Shown one piece after another: positions 57,190 to 64,000 of a stretch of DNA of 64,000 bases (position 1 is its first letter; the number at the start of each line of letters is the position of its first letter). The position numbers and the translations under genes were made by a program. The notes under the pieces are model-generated. The model saw nothing but the letters and a program-made list of their open reading frames with translations, was not told where the DNA came from and ran no database searches. The DNA is taken from assembly GCA_018303945.1 (NCBI GenBank), contig JAGVXD010000001.1, forward strand, positions 2,877 to 66,876, read 5' to 3'. The stretch is from Candidatus Pacearchaeota archaeon (lineage in GTDB: Archaea > Nanobdellota > Nanobdellia > Pacearchaeales > GW2011-AR1).

Positions 57190-60039
57190 TTACTCTCCGC
57201 ATCCCGACCTGGTTGTCTGCTTGCAAGATGTGCAATAAATTGCACAGTTGCCCATTCTTTTTGCCGGACCTCCACAATGCGGGCAGATAAGACCCTCATT
57301 GCCAAAATCAGTAATAAACTTCTGCTCTTCTTTTATATCTATAAGATTTTGCTGTTCGCTTTCTTCATCTGGATTCAAGACATGAATTTCAACTTCCGGC
57401 TTTCCGGCTCCCTCACCGAAATTATTAATCATGAATTGAGCAACATAATCAACTATTGAAGATGCCGTGCGTATTGCATTTAATTTGTTATCTAGTTCTC
57501 CCCCACCTATATTCTTTACAAATCCTGACGGCTCAAACTTTTGATGCCTGAATTTCCTGAAATATTCAGTGACTGGAACTCCATACTGCAAGTTTAGAGA
57601 AGTGGAAGTAGCCCATGCATCAATAAGTCCTCTTACAGTTGAACCTTGCTTGTGCATTGTAATAAAAATCTCCCCCGGCTTATTATCGTCATATAATCCA
57701 ACAGTAAGATATCCTTCGTGTCCTCCAATCTCAAACTTATGAGTAATTGCTCTTCTTGTTTGAGGCATGCGTTTTCTCTCTCCTAAAATAATCTTTTCAA
57801 CTATCTTCTTTTTTATCATCTCGCCTTCAGTCTTTTGCGTGTTCAAAGGCTGACTGCGCTTGCTGTTCTCACGATAAATAGCCACTGCTTTCAAGCCTTG
57901 TTCCCATGAAAATAGATATGCATCTGCTATTTCTTCGGCAGTTGAACTTTCAGGCATATTTATTGTCTTGCTTATAGCTCCAGAAACAAAGGGCTGCACT
58001 ACTGCCATCATCATAATGTGCCCCTTATAACTTATAGAACGTGTTCCTTTTGCAGGTTTAAATGCGCAATCAAAAATAGCAAGATGTTGTTCCATGAAGT
58101 GGGGTGCACCCTCAATAGTGTCATTTTTATCTATATAATTTATGATATCGTTAATCTGACTTTCATTATACCCTAGTGTTCTAAGAGCAAGAGGTACACT
58201 TCTATTGACAATTTTTAACATTCCCCCTCCAGAAAGAACTTTATATTTTACAAGTGCTATATCTGGTTCAATACCTGTAGTGTCACAGTCCATCATAAAA
58301 GCTATCGTACCTGTCGGGGCTATAACTGTCATTTGAGAATTCCTGTATCCGAAACGTTCTCCGAGAATAACTGCATCGCTCCATGCGTCCCAAGCATCAT
58401 TAACTAAATACCTTAAATGTGAAGGAATAGCATTAACGTCTATTTTCTTCACGGCATCTCTATGCATTCTCATGACATCAAGCATTGGCTCTCTGTTTTT
58501 CATAAAAGCTGGAAATGGTCCTACGAGGCTTGCTACTTCAGCAGAGGTTTTATATGCCTCCCCGCACATTATAGCTGATAAAGCTGCTGCAACAGCTCTT
58601 CCAGATTCAGAATCATAAGGAAGCCCATAACTCATAAGCAAAGCTCCAAGATTGGCATATCCCAATCCAAGAGGCCTATAATCTCTGGAATTTCTGGCAA
58701 TCTTTTCCGTAGGATAACTGCTTCCATCTACAAGCAAGTCCATAGCTATGCTGAAGTTTCTTACAACATTCTTAAACTTCTCTACATCAAACATTCCATC
58801 ATCTGTTCTAAATTTCATCATGTTTATAGAAGATAAATTGCATGCACTATCATCTAAAAACATATATTCGCTACATGGATTGCTTGCGTTTATTCTTCCG
58901 CTATTTTTACATGTGTGCCATTTATTTATTGTTGTGTCAAACTGCATTCCCGGATCTCCGCAAATCCATGTTCCTTCTGCAATTTTAATAAGCGTGTCTT
59001 TTGCTTTTAAAGTTTCACATGTCTGGCCATTAGTAACATACTTGGTCTGCCACTCTCCATTGCTCTTAACTCTCTCCATAAACAAATCCTGCGCTCTAAC
59101 AGACATATTAGAATTTTGGAAGAAAATACTTGAATAAGCTTCTCCATTTAGCCCTCCTGAATATCCTTGTTCTATCAAAGCCCATGCTTTCTTCTCTTCC
59201 TTCTGTTTAGCTTCTATAAAATCAATTATATCTGGATGGTCTACATTAAGAATCTCCATCTTTGCAGCCCTGCGTGTTTTTCCTCCAGACTTTATGACTG
59301 CGGCATAAGAGTCATATCCCCTCATAAAACTAAGTGGTCCGGAAGCTCTGCCTCCTCCAGTTACGCGCTCTTTTGAACTGCGTAATGGAGAACGATTTGT
59401 GCCAGTACCAGAGCCAGCCTTAAATAAATTCGCTTCTGCAACCTGAACAGACATTATAGATTCCATATTATCTTCTATGCTCTGGATAAAACAAGCCGAA
59501 CACTGTGGCCTGTCATCTGTTTTTTCAGCTCTTACAATTTTATCAGTTTCTGAATCCCATTTCCATGAACTGACTCCTCCAGCTTGAATATTATAGTCAT
59601 GAATGCCGGCATTAAACCATACAGGAGAATTAAAGACGCATAATTGACTAAGACAGATTGAAGATATCTCATCTCGCAAAATTGCACTTTGTGAAGGATC
59701 AAAGTATTTCTGTTTAATTGCCTGCCTTTCTATAAATCTAGCGACTCTTCCTACAAGTTTCTCAATGCTGTCTTCACGCTCACCTTTTGCCATATCTCCC
59801 CAGAAATACTTGCTGGCTACAACTTTAATGGCTAAAGGACTCCAAAAATCCGGCCTACGAACATTTGGCTGAACAAAAATGACTTTGCCTAAATCATCTG
59901 TAACTTTGACCTCTTCAGAGAGCCAATTTATAGGATTGCCATAAATATCATATTGAAATGGGTTTTTCCCATCATAACTGAAGAATCTCCTTAATTTCAT
60001 TTTACCCATCTCAAGTTCTTGAATCATTTCTGGAGTCAT
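57190..60039 (-). CDS. nrdJ: Class II (adenosylcobalamin-dependent) ribonucleotide reductase with C-terminal zinc ribbon
   Basis: CSEYMFLDDSACNLSSINM active-site block; 949 aa; CPHCGG...CTSCK C-terminus. Confidence 0.85.
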   Translation of the reverse strand: MTPEMIQELEMGKMKLRRFFSYDGKNPFQYDIYGNPINWLSEEVKVTDDLGKVIFVQPNVRRPDFWSPLAIKVVASKYFWGDMAKGEREDSIEKLVGRVARFIERQAIKQKYFDPSQSAILRDEISSICLSQLCVFNSPVWFNAGIHDYNIQAGGVSSWKWDSETDKIVRAEKTDDRPQCSACFIQSIEDNMESIMSVQVAEANLFKAGSGTGTNRSPLRSSKERVTGGGRASGPLSFMRGYDSYAAVIKSGGKTRRAAKMEILNVDHPDIIDFIEAKQKEEKKAWALIEQGYSGGLNGEAYSSIFFQNSNMSVRAQDLFMERVKSNGEWQTKYVTNGQTCETLKAKDTLIKIAEGTWICGDPGMQFDTTINKWHTCKNSGRINASNPCSEYMFLDDSACNLSSINMMKFRTDDGMFDVEKFKNVVRNFSIAMDLLVDGSSYPTEKIARNSRDYRPLGLGYANLGALLMSYGLPYDSESGRAVAAALSAIMCGEAYKTSAEVASLVGPFPAFMKNREPMLDVMRMHRDAVKKIDVNAIPSHLRYLVNDAWDAWSDAVILGERFGYRNSQMTVIAPTGTIAFMMDCDTTGIEPDIALVKYKVLSGGGMLKIVNRSVPLALRTLGYNESQINDIINYIDKNDTIEGAPHFMEQHLAIFDCAFKPAKGTRSISYKGHIMMMAVVQPFVSGAISKTINMPESSTAEEIADAYLFSWEQGLKAVAIYRENSKRSQPLNTQKTEGEMIKKKIVEKIILGERKRMPQTRRAITHKFEIGGHEGYLTVGLYDDNKPGEIFITMHKQGSTVRGLIDAWATSTSLNLQYGVPVTEYFRKFRHQKFEPSGFVKNIGGGELDNKLNAIRTASSIVDYVAQFMINNFGEGAGKPEVEIHVLNPDEESEQQNLIDIKEEQKFITDFGNEGLICPHCGGPAKRMGNCAIYCTSCKQTTRSGCGE

Positions 60040-60479
60040 TTCTTCACCAACCCTCTTATTTCATTCTTGAAATCTGATATGTCTGTAAATTCTCTGTAAA
60101 CAGAAGCAAACCTTATATATGCAACTTTATCAACTTTCTTTAATTCTTTTGCCACTAGCTCACCTAAAAGAAAACTGCTTATCTCTTTTCCTTGTTTGCG
60201 CGCCTTGTCTTCTATTCTATGTATCATGCTTTCTATAGTCTCCGTATTTACCGGTCTTTTTTCACAGGCCCTTAATATGCCTCGCCTTAGCTTCTCCCTG
60301 TCAAACCCTTCATGCCTGCCATCTTTTTTAACTACTCTTAGCGTGATTTGTTCAGGCTGTTCCATTGTATTGAAACGCCTTAAGCATTTTAAGCACTCAC
60401 GCCTTCTTTTTGTAATGCCTGCAACATCCCGCTTATCTATTACTCTTGTTTCGGTGTTTAAGCAGTATGGACAATACAT
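60036..60479 (-). CDS. nrdR: NrdR transcriptional repressor (zinc ribbon + ATP-cone); ATG at 60479 preferred over GTG at 60491
   Basis: MYCPYCLNTETRVIDKRD...CLKC zinc ribbon; 4-nt overlap with nrdJ. Confidence 0.8.
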   Translation of the reverse strand: MYCPYCLNTETRVIDKRDVAGITKRRRECLKCLRRFNTMEQPEQITLRVVKKDGRHEGFDREKLRRGILRACEKRPVNTETIESMIHRIEDKARKQGKEISSFLLGELVAKELKKVDKVAYIRFASVYREFTDISDFKNEIRGLVKK

Positions 60480-60487
60480 GGAATATG

Positions 60488-60503
60488 ACACAATATCTTG
60501 TGT
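60488..60503. promoter_or_regulatory. NrdR box 1 (acacaatatcttgtgt palindrome)
   Basis: Matches the NrdR-box palindrome pattern; 9 bp upstream of the nrdR ATG. Confidence 0.55.
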
Positions 60504-60518
60504 TTAGTATGATTACCT

Positions 60519-60534
60519 TCACAATCTATTGTGA
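60519..60534. promoter_or_regulatory. NrdR box 2 (tcacaatctattgtga palindrome)
   Basis: Second palindrome 31 bp centre-to-centre from box 1. Confidence 0.55.
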
Positions 60535-60808
60535 TATACTGACTTCACAACAAATGGATATATAAATATTTCTGTGACATAGTTTTTCTCGACGATATAT
60601 CAAGGTGATAACATGTTATTGCTTTAAAAGTAGTAAAATCAATTTAAGCCCGATTTATAAGTTTAAAGCACCGCCGTGGGAAGAATAATAAATAAGCTAA
60701 AAAGCTTATCATCTATTCTTTATACTTATAGTTTATAAATAAGACTGTTGTAATTAATAAATGATAAACAATAAAAAATTTTATAAACTCTAAATTTCTT
60801 AAGAAAGC

Positions 60809-61549
60809 ATGCAATACAGCAATAATAAAACTAAGATAATGGTGGAGCAAGATAAGCCGTTTCAAGGCAAATATCTTGAACAGATGTCTTTGTTGCTTGG
60901 AGAAGGAAGATCTCCTTGGACTGCTGCAAGATTTATGAAAGAAAGAATTGCTCATGCTCATGAATTTCCAGATTTGTTAAGTTATCTTGATGTTCCTGAC
61001 TTAATTTTTTATGACTCAAGAACAAGAAGCGGAAATCCTAACGGAAATCCTAAATTTATTTTAACTGTTGATAAGAATGGAAGGGTAACAGAGGAAGGAA
61101 GAAAAGCTCTGGAATTTATAAATCCAAATGCAAAACTAGCCCCAGATTATGAATTCAATCCAAATAGTTTTTATGATTCACTTCCTGGAATTATGGTTAG
61201 ATCAGGTTTACCGGCTTTGGAGGTCTTAGAAAAACATTTAACACAAAAGGAAATTCTTGAAAGCAAGGTTTGGAGAATTTTGGCAAGACATCCTGATGAA
61301 GTTGATAAAGAATTTGCGGAAGATCGAACATTACTTAAAGAGTATGCTAATTGGGTAAAAATACAAACAAAACAAGAGACTAATATGGGTGTTTATCTTA
61401 ATTATAATCCTCGTGATGAGTATTATATAAATCCAAAATTAATGGCGTTCTGCGTCGGCAGGCTTGACTTCAAGTCAGAAATTGGCTTCAGGAAAATTCT
61501 CGACCATGAAATTAATGGCCGCTTCGTCGGTTATTTAGCACCTATTTAG
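60809..61549 (+). CDS. Hypothetical protein (246 aa)
   Basis: ORF only. Confidence 0.45.
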   Translation: MQYSNNKTKIMVEQDKPFQGKYLEQMSLLLGEGRSPWTAARFMKERIAHAHEFPDLLSYLDVPDLIFYDSRTRSGNPNGNPKFILTVDKNGRVTEEGRKALEFINPNAKLAPDYEFNPNSFYDSLPGIMVRSGLPALEVLEKHLTQKEILESKVWRILARHPDEVDKEFAEDRTLLKEYANWVKIQTKQETNMGVYLNYNPRDEYYINPKLMAFCVGRLDFKSEIGFRKILDHEINGRFVGYLAPI

Positions 61550-61660
61550 CACCGTAGCGCCGGAAGCGCCAAAATACTCCTTATATTGCCGCGATTAGGA
61601 TTTTTATTCTAAATACTTTTCTCACGTTATGTTTATATATTGAATGCTGCTTAAAATTAA

Positions 61661-61915
61661 ATGCCACAAACTCTAGAAATAATTGCGTCTCAAACAGGCA
61701 TTCCAATATGGCTTATTGCTGTAATTATTGTCTGGTCTCTTGCTTGGAAAGGGGTTGCTTGGTGGATATCGGCGCGTAAAAACCATATTTTATGGTTCTT
61801 ATCTTTCTTTCTTATCAACACCCTAGGCATATTGGAGATACTTTACATCTTTCTATTTTCAAAGATGTCTCTTTCCGATAAATCTGTAAAGCGAAAATCA
61901 AAAAAGAGGAAATAA
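61661..61915 (+). CDS. Small membrane protein
   Basis: Two hydrophobic helices. Confidence 0.35.
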   Translation: MPQTLEIIASQTGIPIWLIAVIIVWSLAWKGVAWWISARKNHILWFLSFFLINTLGILEILYIFLFSKMSLSDKSVKRKSKKRK

Positions 61916-61920
61916 ATCTC

Positions 61921-62160
61921 ATGCAAACAAACTTCAAACGCCATCAAATAGTAAAAATCATTACACCTCCTGATCCGGAATATGTAGAATATCATAACGA
62001 AGACGACCCAAATTTCAAAGAAGTGCCTATTGTAAAAGGAATGAAGGGAAAAATAAATATTATCCTGCCAAATGGACAATATCATGTAGAGATTATAAGT
62101 GATAGCGGAGAAATAATTGCTTATGCTCCGTTTAGCGAAGAAAGTCTAGAAGCAATATGA
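61921..62160 (+). CDS. Hypothetical protein (79 aa)
   Basis: ORF only. Confidence 0.3.
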   Translation: MQTNFKRHQIVKIITPPDPEYVEYHNEDDPNFKEVPIVKGMKGKINIILPNGQYHVEIISDSGEIIAYAPFSEESLEAI

Positions 62161-62161
62161 A

Positions 62162-63118
62162 CTATCCAAATGTATAGGCAAAAAACTTCATCTCGGGAAA
62201 TGATTTTATCTTTAATACTCCGCTCTGTACGTTAGGATGGCTGATAACCCTGTACATATCTCCCCCAGTTATGTTTACAAAGCTCTTTCCATCATTAAAA
62301 ATAATGTCTTCTCCTGCGTTTGATTTTTTCAGAGGAATCTCATTCAAAGTTACTTCTGCTCTGCCAGCGCCGCTCAAGACAACATTAACTTCTTTAGCAT
62401 TATAGAGATATGCAATCCATCCTGAACTATCCTTGCCAAGATATTCTGCATATTCTTTTCCTTGATGCCATTCTCCATTGAGGTAAATCTCTCCGGATTT
62501 ATAGCTGCCAGAATCTACATATTTATCGCAACTTCCATTCAAAGAGCATACCTTTCCAGTAATTTCTCCATTTCTCAAACTTCCAGCATAAGTCTCATGA
62601 GATATTCTTGGAGAATATTCCCTTTGTTTTTCTAAAATTATATCGCTATCAGATGGAAAGTCACGCAATCTGACGAGTTCGCCTGCAATTTTCTCATCAA
62701 TCTCTTTGTATCCTGATTCTCCTATATGCTCGAATATTATCTTGCCTTCTGAATTTATCAATGCTGCTCTGGGCCAATAAGAATTGCCATAATTCTCCCA
62801 ATTAATGCGCTTTGGATCATTCAATATTGGCCAAGAAAGACCATATTTCTTAACGGCGTATTTTACATTTCCTATCTCCTTTTCAAACTCGAACTCTGGA
62901 GTATGCACTCCAAAAAGAACAAATCTCTTATTCTTATACTTGTCCCAAATCAGTTTTAAGGCGGGGAAAGTACGTACACAATTTATGCAAGTATAAGTCC
63001 AAAAGTCTATTAAAATTACCTTTCCTTTTAAATCACTTAAATTCAGGGGCTTGCTATTAATCCATTGTTTAGGATTATCCCATTCTATTTCAGGAGCTTT
63101 TCTTATTTTTCCAAGCAT
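62162..63118 (-). CDS. Thioredoxin-fold redoxin (TlpA/AhpC-TSA-like) with additional C-terminal domain
   Basis: LIDFWTYTCINCVRTFP CxxC motif in a redoxin-like context. Confidence 0.6.
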   Translation of the reverse strand: MLGKIRKAPEIEWDNPKQWINSKPLNLSDLKGKVILIDFWTYTCINCVRTFPALKLIWDKYKNKRFVLFGVHTPEFEFEKEIGNVKYAVKKYGLSWPILNDPKRINWENYGNSYWPRAALINSEGKIIFEHIGESGYKEIDEKIAGELVRLRDFPSDSDIILEKQREYSPRISHETYAGSLRNGEITGKVCSLNGSCDKYVDSGSYKSGEIYLNGEWHQGKEYAEYLGKDSSGWIAYLYNAKEVNVVLSGAGRAEVTLNEIPLKKSNAGEDIIFNDGKSFVNITGGDMYRVISHPNVQSGVLKIKSFPEMKFFAYTFG

Positions 63119-63192
63119 TGCACAACCTAAAAAATGCTTTATCTTAATATACTTTATTGATGACTATAAAGTTGCAAATTGTCATTCTGAAA

Positions 63193-63552
63193 CTATTTCC
63201 CGCTAATAGATTCAACATAAGCTCTTATAAGATGCGAATTGGGGTATCTTCCTAAAATGAAATTTCCAAAGTTTCTTCCGTGCTTCACACATGATACTTC
63301 TCCACGATATAAATCTCCCAGTTTGGCTCCATGATAATCCACTTTAACTCCGTCTCTGTTTTCTCTTATTATTACCCAATCAGGTTCTATAAGCAGCTCC
63401 GTCTCCCTGCTTCCAGCTATATTTTCAAGCATTACATAGGATTTTCCACTTTTCCTCTTTAACCCTCTTAGAAAAAAGAGAGAAGTGATTCCTGAATTGC
63501 TTAATTCAAGTCCTACATATATAGGAGTATGGACCGATTCTTTATAATTCAT
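63193..63552 (-). CDS. Hypothetical protein, possibly MOSC-like beta-barrel
   Basis: GDLYRGEVSCVKHGRNFGNFILGRYP region with a single conserved Cys; weak. Confidence 0.3.
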   Translation of the reverse strand: MNYKESVHTPIYVGLELSNSGITSLFFLRGLKRKSGKSYVMLENIAGSRETELLIEPDWVIIRENRDGVKVDYHGAKLGDLYRGEVSCVKHGRNFGNFILGRYPNSHLIRAYVESISGK

Positions 63553-63729
63553 TATACCTCAATTTTGTGCGCATGTATTCAATATACCTACTATGGGAGA
63601 TTCTGTACAAAAAATGCTCTAATTAATTTCCTTTCATATAACAGAATTTCTCATATAGATAATTCTCTTAATTGCAGCACTTTGTTAGGGAATTATCTAT
63701 ATTTAAACCTAGCGGGATTGAATTATTCA

Positions 63730-64000
63730 TTAAAAATTCTTATTAATTATCAAATAATCAGAGATTATACTTAATGTATAATCAATATCTTTTCTTTTCG
63801 TGTATTCTGATAAGCTGAATCTAAGTGTTCCATTTATATCCTTCTCGTCTAGTCCTATGGCCGAAAGTATTCTATTGTATTTCTTGCCTTTTTCACTGCA
63901 CGCGCTTCTCGTAGAACACATAACTCCTCTTTCCGACAACACAATAAGTAAGTTCTCTGCTTTTAAACCGGGGAAAGAAACATTAACATTGTTAAATAAT
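63730..64000 (-). CDS. Cysteine desulfurase (class V aminotransferase), C-terminal part; gene continues beyond window end
   Basis: VMCSTRSACS...GTLRFSLSEYTKRKDID matches the IscS/NifS C-terminal active-site region. Confidence 0.65.
   Translation of the reverse strand, partial: LFNNVNVSFPGLKAENLLIVLSERGVMCSTRSACSEKGKKYNRILSAIGLDEKDINGTLRFSLSEYTKRKDIDYTLSIISDYLIINKNF

Noticed and set aside
1-64000. CRISPR array or cas operon
   Set aside because: No regularly spaced direct repeats and no cas genes other than the stand-alone Cas4-like nuclease were seen.

Overview
The 64-kb window looks like part of an A/T-rich archaeal chromosome. The archaeal assignment rests on EF-1alpha, EF-2, a fused RpoA, RpoB, RpoH, Rpo7/RpoE, Spt4, NusA, S7, S12, S24e, S27ae, L10e, L35Ae, archaeal-type DnaG, RNase HII, HisRS and intron-containing tRNAs. 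The first ~10 kb is an accessory island. On the minus strand is an Lrp-like regulator that runs off the window start. The other nine genes sit co-directionally on the plus strand. The first is a radical-SAM/SPASM-like enzyme that overlaps a stand-alone CheY-like receiver. Next, after a promoter-like A/T spacer, come six tightly packed genes: a C5-cytosine methyltransferase, a protein with a DUF3883-like PD-(D/E)xK C-terminus (putative restriction endonuclease), a second C5-methyltransferase, a stand-alone Cas4-like Fe-S nuclease, a 461-aa protein with an N-terminal PD-(D/E)xK-like motif (candidate APAZ-type effector partner), and a catalytically degenerate short prokaryotic Argonaute (MID-PIWI) overlapping its partner by ATGA. 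No CRISPR array or other cas genes were seen. I consider this fusion of a restriction-modification module with a Cas4-like nuclease and a short-pAgo pair the most interesting candidate system in the window. The rest is mostly core information-processing genes: rpoE-spt4-rps24e-rps27ae, scpA, hisS, rpl10e, rpl35ae, nfo, an SMC-type ATPase with a Rad50-like CxxC zinc hook, rnhB, tuf, fusA, rps7, rps12, nusA, rpoA (unsplit A'/A''), rpoB, rpoH, trxA, pcm, and nrdJ with nrdR and two NrdR boxes. There are also tRNA-Glu, an intron-containing tRNA-Lys, a probable intron-containing tRNA and a marginal tRNA-His. Other features are a Fic-domain gene next to tRNA-Glu, a VIT-family transporter, an AbiE-like HTH/nucleotidyltransferase pair, ribbon-helix-helix proteins, two copies of a ~100-bp MITE-like element with 12-bp terminal inverted repeats, and a 26-bp exact direct repeat bracketing one gene. 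All calls come from reading motifs by eye. No database searches were run.
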